A DNA stretch of 64,000 nucleotides from Squalus acanthias (GCA_030390025.1 CM059431.1:138758001-138822000), one strand, 5' to 3'; numbered from the stretch's first letter, positions 38,558 to 51,089 are shown. The notes: generated by a model from the sequence alone, not told the origin. Numbers and translations: made by a program.

Positions 38558-39750
38558 CGAACATACAAACATTCAAATTAGGAGCAGGAGTAGGCCACTC
38601 GGCCCCTCGAGCCTGCTCCACCATTCAATAAGATCATCGCTGATCTGATTACTCCACATTCCCGCCTACCCCCAATAACCTCTCACCCCCTTGCAAATGA
38701 AGAATCTATCCACCTCTGCCTTAAAAATATTCAGAAACACTGATTCCACCGGCCTCTGATAAACAGTGAATTCCAAAGACTTGCGACCCTCTGTGAGAAA
38801 AAAATTCACCTCATCTCTGTCTTAAATGGGCGATCCGTTACATTTACACAGTGACCCCTAGTTCTAGATTCTCCCACAAGTGGAAACATCCTCCAAATCC
38901 ACCCTGTCAAGACCCCTCAGGATCTTATATGTTTCAATCAAGTCACCTCTTACTCTTCTAAAATCCAGCGGATACAAGCCCAGCCTCTCCAATCATTCCT
39001 CTTAACACAACCCACCCAATCCAGGTATAGTCTAGTAAACCTTCTCTGAACTGCTTCCAACGCATTTATATCCTTGTTTAAATAGGGAGACCAGTACTGT
39101 CCACAGTACTGCAGATATGGTCTCACCAATGCCCTGTATAACTGAAGCATAACCTCCCTACTTTTGTATTTAATTCCACTCGCAATAAACTATAACATTA
39201 TATTAGCTTTCCAGTCACTTGCTGTACCTGCATACCTACCTTTTTGCGATTCATGCACTAGGACACCCAGATCCCAGAGCTCTGCAATCTCTCACCATTT
39301 AGATAATATAGTTCTTCTTTAATCTTCCTGCCAAAATGGACAATTTCACATTTTCCCTCATTACACTCCATTTGCCAGATCTTTGCCCACTCACTTAATC
39401 TATCTATAAACCTTTGTAGCCTCTTTGTGTCCTCTTCACAATTTACTTTCCTACCTATTATCAGCAAATTTAGCGTCCATACCTTCGGTCCCTTCATCCA
39501 AGTCATTTATATAAATTGTAAAAAGTTGAGGCCCCAGCACTGAGCCCTGTGGCACACCACTCGTTACATATTGTCAACCAGAAAATGACGTGTTTCTGCC
39601 TATTCTCTGTTTCCTGTTAGCTAGCCAATCTTCTATTCATGCCAATATGTTACCCCCTACAACATGAGCTTTTATTTCCCGCAATATTGTCACCTTATCA
39701 AATGCCTTCTGGAAATCTAAGTACAGTATATCCATCGGTTCCACTTTATC
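38558..39750 (-). mobile_element. CR1 3' fragment
   Basis: CR1 3' hairpin (ggagcaggagtaggcc..ggcccctcgagcctgctcc). Minus ORFs contain LVRPYLQYCGQYWSP and CEIVHFG. Confidence 0.88.
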
Positions 39751-39879
39751 CCCTTTATATACGTCTCAAATGTCCTCTGCAAACTGCTGCTCGAATACTG
39801 TAATGTATAATGTCCTACTTGTTCTGCATAATGATAAATTACTGCCCCAGTACGTTTCAACGAATCATTTGGAAAAAGT

Positions 39880-40815
39880 ATCCCTTTGGAATCTTATAAT
39901 GGCACGGCATAGCCATCACTCTGCCATTACCATCAAGCCAGCGGAACATTCAAGGTTCAATGAAGAGCGTAGATGAGCATGCCAGGAGCAGCACCAGGCG
40001 TACCTGAAAATGTGGTGTCAACCTGGGAAGCTAAAGCACAGGTCTGCATGCATGCTAAATAGAGGTGCCTCATGCTAAAGAGTGAGCTAAGCGACCCCAC
40101 AACCAATGGATCAGATCAAAGCTCTGCAGTCCTGCCAGATCCAATCATGAATGGTGGTGGACCATTAAACACCTAACCGGAGAGGAAGGCTCCATGAACA
40201 TCTCCATTCTCAATGGTGGCAGAGCCCAGCACGTGAGTGCAAAATACAAGGCTTAAGAGTTTGCAACCATCTTCAGCCAGAAGTGCCGCGTGCATGATTC
40301 ATCTCGGTCTCCTCCTGAGGTCTCGAACGTTACAAATGTCAGTTTTCAGCAAATTACATTTACTCCTCGTGATATCAAGCAACTGCTCAGCGCACTGGAT
40401 AAATTAAGTCTATGGGCACCGACAACAACCCGGCTGTAGTTCTGAATACTTGTGATCCAGAACTAGCCACGCCTGCAGCCAAGCTGATCCAGTAAAGCTA
40501 CAACACCAGCATATACCCGACAAAGTTGAAAATTGGCCAGGTATGCCCTGTCCACAAAAAGCAGGACAAATCCAATGCGGCCAATCACCGCCCGATCAGT
40601 CTACACTCAATCATCAGCAAAATGATGGAAGGTGTGGTCGACAGTGCTATCAAGTGGCACTTACTCACCAATAAACTGCTCACCAATGCTCAGTTTGGGA
40701 TCCGCCAGGTCCATTCGGCTCTAGACCTCATTACAGCCTTGGAACAAACATGAAATAAAGACCTGAATCTGAGAGATGAGGTGAGAGTGCATGCCCTTGT
40801 CATCAAGGTAGCGTT
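39880..40815 (+). mobile_element. LINE (second family) internal ORF2 fragment
   Basis: CPVHKKQDKSNAANHRPISL; homologous to 2944-3260. Confidence 0.8.
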
Positions 40816-40839
40816 TATCAGCCCAGGTCTGAATGTTGT

Positions 40840-41095
40840 TCACTCTCCACCCTATTCAAAACCATGTGACTTCTTGTGAGAGACCAAAACCCAAATAGAA
40901 ACCCAGGCCAATTTGGGGAAAACATTCTGGGAAATTCCTCCCCGACCCATCTAGGCGATTGAAACTACTCCAGGTGATCCCTCTGGTCCTGGATTCCCGG
41001 CAGTACCTCCCTTTTGTAAGCAGGATCTCCACCCCAGACAGAAACAGGTCCAGGTCTCTCTTGAGGGATTTAAGAGAGTCGGCGTCCTCTCTTCT
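40840..41095 (-). mobile_element. 3' end of another CR1-like family
   Basis: Minus frame EDADSLKSLKRDLDLFL resembles the CR1 ORF2 C-terminus (EANSLNRFKKELNIFL). Confidence 0.5.
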
Positions 41096-41254
41096 GTGGG
41101 GAAAGAAATACTTCCTCAAGGATCTGGACAGGGCAAGGATCAGCTCAAAGTCCAAATCTGCGACTTGCTAAAATCAAACAATGAACTTCTACCTCATCGG
41201 TTGTAAGTTAATACCATGGGTATAAAAAGCAAGATTTACACCGACTTTAAAATT

Positions 41255-41638
41255 AATGCGTCAGAGTTGGCGTCACAGGGAAGGCCAGCAATGATTGCCC
41301 ATCTATAGTTGCCCTTGAAAAGATGCTGTGAGCTGTCTTCCTGAAGCGCTGCAGCCCATATGGTGAAGGTGCTTCCTCAGTATTGTTAAGTACGCATTTC
41401 CATGATTTTTGCCCGGTGAGTGAACGTTGATATATGTCCAAGTCACTATGTTGTGTTCTTGAATGGGATCCTGGACGCGATAGTGTTCCCAAGCTGTCTG
41501 CTATCCTTCTACTAGGCAGTAATGATTGCGAGTTTGGGAGGTGCTGTGCAAGAAGCCTTGGCGAGTTGCTGCAGTTCTTCCTGAAGCTAGTCCACACTGC
41601 GGAGACGGTGCGCCAGTGATGGAGGGTGTGGCTGTTTA
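41255..41638 (-). mobile_element. LINE (second family) 3' end
   Basis: Reverse complement of the 29345-29690 segment. Confidence 0.7.
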
Positions 41639-43633
41639 ACATAGAACCATAACAACAGGAGTAGACCATTCATCCCCGTCAGCCTGCTTCACCATTCAAT
41701 TATAGCACGGCTGATCGGTACCCTAACCATATCTACCCGCTCCCGCTCGATATACTTGGATACCCTTGGCTAGCAAAAACCTATCGATCTCTGATTTAAA
41801 CTTATTGGCCCAGAATTTTCAATCAGTGGCGAAGTGAAGGCTTTCGCCGCTGGCCCGGAATTAAGCTTCACACAACGATTTTGCCAACTCTAGGTGGAGA
41901 AGTTCGGGTTTTCCAACATTCAAATCAAATGTACTGCATTTTGTGAGAGAGATTTCCACACTTCCACTACCCTTTATTGAAGAATTATTTCCGACCTTCT
42001 CTATTAAAATGCCCAGCTCTGATTGAAAGTTTATGTCCCCTATCCTAGAATCGCCCAATAGTGGAAATGTTTCTCTCTACCCTGTCAATTCCTTCCAAAA
42101 CTCTAAAATTCTCAATTTATTTCAACGTTAACCTTCTATATTCCATGGAATAGAAGCCTAGTTTATGTAATCTCTCCTCATAATCTAACCCTTGGAGCCC
42201 CAGTAACATTCTGGTGAATCTGCGCTCCAATCCTTCATGGATCAATATATCCTTTCTAATGTACAGTTCCCCGCGCTGTACGCAGTACTTCAGATGTGGT
42301 CTAAGCAGGGCTTTGTATAGCTGTAGCAAAACATCTTACCCTTTATAGTATAGCCCACTGGTTGCAATTTGCTGTCATTCCATTAGCCGTTTTGATTATT
42401 TTTTATCTGACTATTACATTTTAGTAATCTTTGCACATGGACCCCTAAATCTCTTAGGACCTCCACTGTTCCTATATTTTACAAATACTCAGATCTATCC
42501 TGTTTTGGTTCAAAATGTATACTCACACACTTAGGTGTATTGAAATCCATCTGCCACAGTTTAGCTCCTCACTCAATCTATCAAGATTTATTCGTAATTT
42601 TATGCTCCGACTACATTACTTACTGTGCTACCCATCTTTGTTTCATCGACAAACTTGCATATGTGGGTCTTGATATTGTTATAAGTCATTAATAAATAAA
42701 GTGAATAGTTGAAGGCCCAGCGCACATCCTTGTGGATCACCACTAGTCACTTCCGTCCATTTCGAGTACATACTCATTATTCCTACTCTCTTCTGCCGCC
42801 TAACCATTGTCCTAACCAGGACATTAATTTACCTTCAATTCCATGAAGTTTCATTTGAGCAAAATGTCTCTTTGGTAGAACCTTCTCGAATGCCTACTGG
42901 AATTCTATATAAACTAACCCATCTACATTTCCCTCTCTACCACTTTAGTTTCTTCCTCAATAAAATCAATTAGTATCGTTATACCTGACCTACTAATTAC
43001 AAATCCACGTTGGCTCTCGCTAGTCAGCTCAATATTGACTGAGTGCTCACTCAGTCATTAATTATAGATTCCAATAAATTCCCTGTAACACAAGTTAACT
43101 AAAAGGTCCATAATTTCCTGGTTTCTTTCTCACAACTTTCTAAAGTAGTAGAGTTACAGCTATAATTTTCTAATCTAAAATGATAATTCCTGAATACCGA
43201 TTGCGTTGGAAGATTATGGCTAACACAACTGCAATTTACTCACCTACTTTCTTTAAAACTCTAGCAGGAAATCTTCAGATCCTGAGGAAGTCTTCCATTT
43301 AAGTGCCATTATTTTTTTGTAATACTGTTTTCTTGCTTACGTTAACTTTAGTGAGTTCCAGTCCTTGATTCATTACTAGTTTCGCTGGAATGTTAGGTAC
43401 ATTATCCCCTTCCCCTACTGTTTTGACAGACACACGTTAATAATTATTTGCATTTGCAATATTACCCACATATACTTCTGAATTAATCTCATTACCCTTG
43501 ACCATATCTTTTTCTTCTAATATAATTGTAAAAACGTTTCGTGTTACTCTTGGTAATCTACAAAAGTTTATTTTCGTACTCCTTTTTGAAGCTCTTACTA
43601 TCATTTTTTCTTCCTTTGTTGCTTTCGAGTCAT
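41639..43633 (-). mobile_element. Degenerate CR1 ORF2
   Basis: acatagaaccataac tail plus CR1 hairpin at the left. Minus ORF contains LYKALLRPHLKYCVQ and ERRFTRM. Confidence 0.8.
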
Positions 43634-43992
43634 AGGGGTAGAAATTAGGTCGCGCCCCATTTGGGGCGCAAATATCGTCCGCGCGCAAATATTAGCGCCT
43701 GGCGCTAATTATCGGCACTGACAGGAAACTTCACTTTTACCGCCCCGGGAGGTGAGTGGAGCGCTAAATTAGGCGCTGCACACCTCTCTTAAGGCGCAAA
43801 GGCCTAGGAGTGAGGCGCTACCTCAGCGCACGAGCGCAGCGCAGCTGCTGCCAGTTAGCGAGGGAACACAGACACACTGGCGCCGGACACTTCTTAAAGC
43901 GGGGGGGGGCCACTTGCTCCCCAGCCACACCCTGCTCATTGCAGCCTTGAATCTCAGCCTGGAGAGACCTGTAATCCATTTTGCTGCCAAGC

Positions 43993-46228
43993 ATGGAGAG
44001 GGTGAGAGAACGCGCTCATCACTTCACCGAGCGGGCCTTGGATGCTCTGGTTGACGCAGTGGAGCGCAGACGATGCATGCTGTTCCCGGAGAGTGGCAGG
44101 AGGCCTTTCCCACGCGAGTTCAGAAGAGTGTGGAGGGAGGTAGCTCAGAGCGTCTCCTCCAGGAGCATGGTGCCCAGGACCCATGTCCAGTGCCGCAAAA
44201 AGTTCAACGACCTCACTCGGGTCGTCAGGGTGAGTGGCTTTTTCTCAATACCTCTCCATCCCTCCATCTCAACCTCACTCTATGGCCAGAGGGTCTTAAA
44301 ACCCCAATGCACAACACTCATGCAACACCTATGGCCCTTTCATCAAACACACACACACATTCCACACTTTGCATACAGTAAGGGCTATTCACCTATGGGA
44401 GGCACATCAGGCAAGACCATGGCTGCATATTGTAAGGGCTATTCACCTATGGGAGGCACATCAGGCAAGACCATGGCTGCATATTGTAAGGGCTATTCAC
44501 CTATGGGAGGCACATCAGGCAAGACCATGGCTGCATATTGTAAGGGCTATTCATCTATGGGAGGCACATCAGGCAAGACCATGGCTGCATATTGTAAGGG
44601 CTATTCACCTATGGGAGGCACATCAGGCAAGATCATGGCTGCATATTGTAAGGGCTATTCACCTATGGGAGGCACATCAGGCAAGACCATGGCTGCATAT
44701 TGTAAGGGCTATTCACCTATGGGAGGCACATCAGGCAAGACCATGGCTGCATATTGTAAGGGCTATTCACCTATGGGAGGCACATCAGGCAAGACCATGG
44801 CTGTATATTGACTCAGATGCTGTCCTTTTTCTTGCAGGCTAAGCTGGCTCATAATCGGAGACAGCAGCAACGGACGGGTGGAGGGCGGCTTCAGCTGCAA
44901 CCCCTCAGCGATCTGGAGGAGCGCGTCCACAGGATTGTGGCAAGCCGGGTGATCGGTCCCGTCGCCACTGGAGACGCCGACCCCGTTGTGGACAGCAATG
45001 GTAAGGTCATCACCTTTTTGTCCTCTGTCCTTCCACTTGTCCCTCACAATACCAGCCTTTGACACTTTCAATCCAACTTGCTAACTCGCTGCACTTATTC
45101 CTCCCTTACTGCCACCCTGTCCTCACGCTAAAGCCACTCTTGTACCTCCCTGCTTTCAGATGGTGATTCACCAGCTGAGGAGATGGTCCCTGAAGCTGCC
45201 ACTGGGAGTGATGCTGCAGCTGAGGAGGAAGAGGAAGCCGGAGCATCAGTGCCACCCTCTCCCGAGGAAGCCCATGGCCACACTGGGAACACGCCTTCCC
45301 CGGAGGGGAGCAGGGGGGAAGGGGCTGATGATGGTGAAGTTCCAGGACCCAGCGGGCTGCAGCAACGCCATTGGGGGGGGAGGGAAGAACGGGGGAGCAG
45401 GGGGGAAGGGGCTGATGATGGTGAAGTTCCAGGACCCAGCGGGCTGCAGCAACGCCATGGGGGGGGGGGAGGGAAGAACGGGAGCCTTCTCCCCAGAGGG
45501 AGAGTATGCCAGACACTCCTAATGCAATGGACGCAGAGGAGGAGCGGCTGATTGCAGAAATGAACAGCCAGGCGGTGGGCATGCACACTGAGCTCATGGG
45601 TGCAGTGGGAAGGGTGCCCGAATGCATTGAGGCACTGGCAAGGAGTGTGGAGCACTTCGCTGTAGCACAGGCGGATGCCACACTAAAGCTTACTGCTGCA
45701 ATTCAGTCACTGGCTGCCAGGAACCCATCTGAGACTGCTCTCATGCAGACTCAGATTGAGGCCACGCGAGCACTGACTGCTGCCATCCTCGATGGTTCGT
45801 GCACATGTCCCCGGGGCTGTCACCGCGCCGCAGCAGGCCAGCAATCTGTTCTCCGGCAAATTGCTCCGGATGCTGAAGTGCTGCCCCGTGGGAGTGCCAG
45901 TGTGTCGGGCGAGCAGGGAGTTGCTGTCCTCTCTCACGATGACAGCATTCCTGCTGCCAACACTGTCACTTCTCCACTGCACTTGCCACCGCCTGTAGGA
46001 CAGACTGCTGCCGCCCATGCAGAGTTGGTGCAGTCTGCAGCCGGGCCCTCCAGGCCCAGAAGTGGTCGAGGCCGTCCTTCAGGGGCATCTGCAGTGTCAG
46101 GGTCTGACAAGCAGCAGCCTTCCACCAGCCTTGCTGCAGCCACTGAGGTCCCATTACGGAGGAGCAGTAGGGTTAGAAGGGGGGAAGTGCGCAAGGGAAG
46201 GAGATCACCCTCGAAGGGCAAAAAGTAG
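43993..46228 (+). CDS. Harbinger Myb/SANT-like DNA-binding protein, 3 exons (43993-44229, 44838-45000, 45160-46228), one frameshift at G11 45459-45469
   Basis: FTERALDALVDAV..WREVAQSV..RTHVQCRKKFNDL | AKLAHNRRQQQRTGGG is a trihelix/Myb signature. Canonical gtgagt/cag and gtaagg/cag splice sites with matching phases. Basic NLS-like C-terminus. Confidence 0.8.
44371..44810. repeat. 54-bp tandem repeat x8 in intron 1 of the Myb gene
   Basis: taagggctattcacctatgggaggcacatcaggcaagaccatggctgcatattg recurs at 44379, 44433, 44487, 44541, 44595, 44649, 44703 and 44757. Confidence 0.97.
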
Positions 46229-46522
46229 GAGGTGTGCCAAAATGCTGGTCATTTTTTTATTAAAGGCCGAGGTTCATGGCCCAACTTTTGTTTAGTGTTT
46301 TGGACATTATCTCCAGGTTGTGAGAACCAGTTATGTTATTGACTGTTTTTTTGTGTTTATTTCTATGAGTTTGTCATGAGGAATTGACACACACAGAGTT
46401 TGTACAATAAATAAGTTTCTGTATTCAAAATATACATGGCTGGTGGTTGGAATTATTGGTGCCTTGGCCGGCTTAGGGGTTGCGTGCTGGGTTGATTCGT
46501 GTTTGTAGCACTGGCAGGGGCC

Positions 46523-47683
46523 CTAGAAGCGGCTTGCTATTAGTCGTTGACGGACGGCCCTTGCAGTTTGACCATTGTGGGCCGCCCTCCTGCCTTGGTG
46601 CTGCTGCTGATCATCGTCCTCGGCCTGTTCCTCCTCTTCCTCCTCCTCCTCTTGTGGTGCTGCAAGGCCTGGTGGCATTGGCTGCGTCCTGAGGATTGCC
46701 ATGTTGTGCAACATGCAGCACACCACTACGAATTTGGAAACTTGCTCAGGCGAGTACTGCAGGGCTCCTCCGGAATGGTCCAGACAGCGGAATCGTTGTT
46801 TGAGCACGCCGATTGTGCGCTCAATAATGTTCCTCGTTGCTTGTTGGCTTTCCTGGTACCGCAGCTCAGCAGGGGTGTTTGGCGCACGGAGCGGTGTCAT
46901 CAGCCAGGTGCTCAATGCGTACCCCTTGTCCCCCAGAAGCCAACCAACTGGCTGATGCGGTGCCTCGAAAATTTCTGCCACAGTACTCTGGCGCAGGATG
47001 AAAGCATCGTGGCAGCTGCCCGGATAGTGGGCATTGACAGCGAGAATCACCTGTCTGTGGTCACAGACCAACTGCACATTCAAGGAATGGAACCCCTTTC
47101 TGTTCCGGAACTCCTCTGCATTCTCTCGCGGAGCACGCAAAGCCACATGCGTGCAGTCAATGGCGCCCTGCACCATGGGGAAGCCCGCTACCCTCGCAAA
47201 GCCCATAGCACGGTAATGCTGCTTGTCTGGGGTCATAGGGAAGGAGATGAAGTCTCGTCTCCTTGTGAAGAGGGCATTGGTGACCTGCCGGATGCAGCGA
47301 TGCACCGCAAACTGGGAGATATTGGCGAGGTCCCCAACAGCAGCTTGGAATGAGCCAGTGGCGTAGAAGTTCAAAGCCACTGTGACCTTCACTGCCACCG
47401 ACAGAGACGTCCTGGACCTCAGCTGAGGCTGCAGATCTGGCTGCAGCAGGTGGCAGAGCTCAGTGACCACCTCCTTGCTGAATCGCAGCCTTCGCAAACA
47501 CAGCTCCTCGGACATGTGGATGTAGGAGAGCTGTTCACGATATACCCTGGGAGGGTAAGCTCTCCTGTACATGCGCCTGATGGCCCTCCTCCGTCTGGCC
47601 ATCATTGCCACTCTCTGTCTGCGTCTCACTCTCCTCCGATTGAGCTGGAGCAGGACGACGCCCCCAATCATTGCAACCCCCAT
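46523..47683 (-). CDS. Harbinger DDE transposase (HARBI1-like), intact 386 aa
   Basis: GAIDCTH, NRKGFHSLNVQLVCD, YPGSCHDA, LLGDKGY, RNIIERTIGVLKQRFRCL and CCMLHN motifs; single open exon. Confidence 0.95.
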   Translation of the reverse strand: MGVAMIGGVVLLQLNRRRVRRRQRVAMMARRRRAIRRMYRRAYPPRVYREQLSYIHMSEELCLRRLRFSKEVVTELCHLLQPDLQPQLRSRTSLSVAVKVTVALNFYATGSFQAAVGDLANISQFAVHRCIRQVTNALFTRRRDFISFPMTPDKQHYRAMGFARVAGFPMVQGAIDCTHVALRAPRENAEEFRNRKGFHSLNVQLVCDHRQVILAVNAHYPGSCHDAFILRQSTVAEIFEAPHQPVGWLLGDKGYALSTWLMTPLRAPNTPAELRYQESQQATRNIIERTIGVLKQRFRCLDHSGGALQYSPEQVSKFVVVCCMLHNMAILRTQPMPPGLAAPQEEEEEEEEQAEDDDQQQHQGRRAAHNGQTARAVRQRLIASRF

Positions 47684-48015
47684 ATTCTCTTTGCCAGAAA
47701 AGTAATGAGGTACAGCAACGAAAGTAGCAGCAAAGTTAGGATGAACTAGGCAAAACTACCTCACAAAGCGTTGAGTCAATGTAGAAGTCTCTCTCTCTCT
47801 CTCTCCGAATCTCTCTCTCTCTCTCAGAACGAGTGGTGCATAAATGTCGACCACAGAAAAAGACAGGAAGAGGCCCCCTTTAAATAGCGCCCCCCCCAGC
47901 CCCACACCGATTGATAACGTTCCAGTCTTCCGGTCGTTGGAAGCGCCAGGTGGTAAGGCAGGGAGCGCCACTCAATTTCCGCTCCGGGGCGCCCCAAGGG
48001 CGTTGCACCACGGAA

Positions 48016-48023
48016 TGACGTCA
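48016..48023. promoter_or_regulatory. Palindromic CRE site upstream of the transposase
   Basis: TGACGTCA ~330 nt upstream of the transposase ATG, with a TATTTAAA-like box on the minus strand at ~47878-47885. Confidence 0.35.
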
Positions 48024-48194
48024 CAATCTGCGCGCGCAGGTGGTCGCAGCGGTACATTTTAGCGCCGCCGCACAATCTCAAGTTAAGTTCTCGAGCGGCG
48101 CAAACAGCGCTGCGCCCGGGCGTTAGCGCCTTAACGCCCCATTAGCGCCCATTTAAGGCGCTAACGGGAGGCGCAACCAACTGAATTTTTACCC

Positions 48195-51089
48195 CTTTGT
48201 GTCTTAATGCAAGGAGCATTCGGAACAAGGTGGATGAATTAGCTGCGCAAATAGAGGTAAATTAATACAATTTGATTGGGATTACAGAAACATGGCTCCA
48301 GGGTGGCCAAGGCTGGGAACTCAACATCCAGGGGCATTCAATATTTACGAAAGATAGGCAAAAAAGAAAGGGAGGTGGGGTAGCATTGCTGGTTAAAGAG
48401 GGGATTGGCACAATTGAAAGGAAGGATATTAGCTCTGATGATTCGGAATCTGTATGTGTAGAACTGAGAAATAAAAAGGGGCAGAAAACGTTAGTGGGAG
48501 TGGTACATAGACCTCCAAACAGTAATGCACAGATTGGGGATAGCATTAAAAGGGAAATTAGAGAATCATGCAGTAAGGGCACAGCAGTCATCATGAGTGA
48601 CTTTAATGTACATATAAATTGGGCTTACCAAATTAGTAAAAATACTGTGGAGGAGGAATTCCTAAAATGTTTACCGGATGGTTTTCTGGAACAATATGTC
48701 GAGGAACCAACCAGAGATCAGGCCATCTTAGACTGGGTATTATGTAACGAGAAAGGATTAATTAGCAATCTTGTTGTACGAGGCCCCTTGGTTCAGAGTG
48801 ATCATAATATGGTAGAATTCTTCATTAGGATGGAGAGTGAAGTAGTTGAATCGGAGACTAGGGTCCTGAATTTAAATAAAGGAAACTACGATGGTATGAA
48901 GCGCGAATTGGGTAGGATTGATTGGGGAATTTCACTCTAAGGGTTGACGGTGGATAGGAAATGGCAAACATTTAAAGACTGCATGGATGAACTACAGAAT
49001 TTGTTCATCCCATGTGGCATAAGAATAAAACAAAAAGGGTGACTCAACCGTGGCTAACAAGGGAAATTAGGGATAGCATAAGATCCAAGGAGAGGGCATA
49101 TAAATTGGCCAGAAAAAGCGGTAACCCTGAGGATTGGGACCAGTTTAGGATTCAACAAAGGAGGACAAAGGGATTAATTAAGAAGGGGAAAATAGAATAT
49201 GAAAGTAAGCTTTCAGGGAACATAAAACCTGACTGTAAGAGTTAATATAGATATGTGAAGAGAAAAAGATTAGTGAAATCAATTGTAGGTCCCTTGCAGT
49301 CAGAAGCGGGGAAGTTGTAATGGGGAACAAAGAAATGTCGAACCAATTAAATGCATATTTTGGTTCTGTCTTCCCAACGGAGGACACAAATAACCTCCCA
49401 GAGATGTTGGAGCAGATAAGGTCTGATGAAAGGGAGGAACTGAAAGAAATCAGTATTTGCAGGGAAATGGTGTTAGGGAAATTGAAGGGATTGAAGGATG
49501 ATAAATGCCCAGGGCCTGATAATCTACATCCTAGGGTACTTAAGGAAGTGGCCCTAGAAATAGTAGATGCATTGCTGATCATCTTCCAACATTCGATGGA
49601 ATCTGGAACTGTAGCCATGGATTGGAGGGTAGCTAATGTTACCCCACTATTCAAAAAGGGAGGTAGAGAGAAAGTGGGGAATTACAGACCGGTAAGCCTG
49701 ACATCGGTAGTGGGGAAAATGCTAGAGTCCATTATAAAGGATGTAATAGCTGAGCACTTGAAAAACAGTGACAAGATCGGACAAAGTCAACATGGATTTA
49801 CAAAAGGTAAATCCTGCTTGACTAATCTACTGGAACTTCTTGAGGATGTAACTGGGAAAATAGATAAGGGAGAACCAGTAGATATGGTGTATTTGGACTT
49901 TCAAAACGCTTTCGATAAGGACCCGCATAAGAGATTAGCGTGTAAAGGTAAGGCACATGGGATTGGGGGCAAGGTATTGACTTGGATAGAGAACTGGATG
50001 GCAGACAGAAAGCAAAGAGTAGGAATTAATAGGTCTTTTTTCCGAGTGGCAAGCAGTGACTAGTGGGGTACCGCAGGGATCGGTCCTTGGACCACAGCTA
50101 TTCACAATATACATTAATGATCTAGATAAGGGAACTAAATGTAATATCTCCAAGTTTGCAGATGACACAAAGCTGGGTGGGAGTGTGTGCTGCGAGGAGG
50201 ATACCGAGAAACTCCAGGATGATTTGGACAGGTTGGGTGAGTGGGCAGAAGCGTGGCAGATGCAATATAACGTGGCTAAATGCGAGGTTATCCACTTTGG
50301 TGTCAAAAACAGAAAGGCAGACTATTATCTGAATGGCAATAGATTGGGAGAAGGGGAAGTGCAACGAGACCTGGGTGTCCTTGTGCACCAGTCGCTGAAG
50401 TTAAGCATGCAGGTGCAGCAGGCGGTGAAGAAGGCAAATGGTATGTTGGCCTTCATAGCGAAAGGGTTTGAGTATAGGAGCAGGGATGTCCTGCTGCAGT
50501 TGTTAAGGGCCTTTGTGAGACCACACCTTGAGTATTGTGTGCAGTTTTGGTCGCCTTATCTGAGGAAGGATGTTCTTGCCATGGAGGGAGTTCAGCGAAG
50601 ATTCACAAGGCTGATACCTGGGATGGCAGGAATGACATATGAGGAGAGATTGGGTCGATTGGGCTTATACTCGCTGGAGTATAGAAGAATGAGAGGGGAT
50701 CTCATCGAAACATATAAAATTCTGACAGGTCTGGACAAACTAGATGCAGGAAGAATGTTCCAGTTGGTCGGAGAGTCCAGAACCACGGGTGATAATCTAA
50801 GGATAGGTGGTAAGTCATTTAGGACATAAATAAGGCGGAATTTCTTCACTCAGAGAGTGGTGAACCTGTGGAATTCTCTACCACAGAAGGTAGTTGAGGC
50901 CAAGTCATTAAATATATTCAAGAATGAGTTAGATATATTTCTTAAAGCTAAAGGTATCAAGGGATATGGGGAGAAGGCAGGTACAGGGTACTGAGTTTGG
51001 ATGATCAGCCATGATCTCATCGAATGGCGGAGCAGGCTCGAGGGGCCGAATGGCCTACTCCTGCTCCTATCTTCTATGTTTCTATGTTT
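48195..51089 (+). mobile_element. CR1 LINE, ORF2 nearly complete but disrupted
   Basis: [30 protein letters not shown] and KFADD motifs. 3' hairpin and ttctatgt tail. Same subfamily as 59795-63750. Confidence 0.93.

Larger units (their letters stand above)
43634..48196. mobile_element. PIF/Harbinger DNA transposon, apparently complete (~4.56 kb)
   Basis: TIRs aggggtagaaatt / aatttttacccct (12/13 match), GCGC-rich subterminal regions, convergent Myb/SANT and DDE transposase genes. Confidence 0.92.

Noticed and set aside
41806..41912. Small MITE-like insertion in a CR1 3' end (ggcccagaattttc...gaagttcggg)
   Set aside because: Termini too degenerate to call confidently.
46523..47683. Domesticated host gene HARBI1
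   Set aside because: It lies within TIRs beside a Myb partner, so it is a transposon copy. The antisense ORF 46547-47353 is a shadow.
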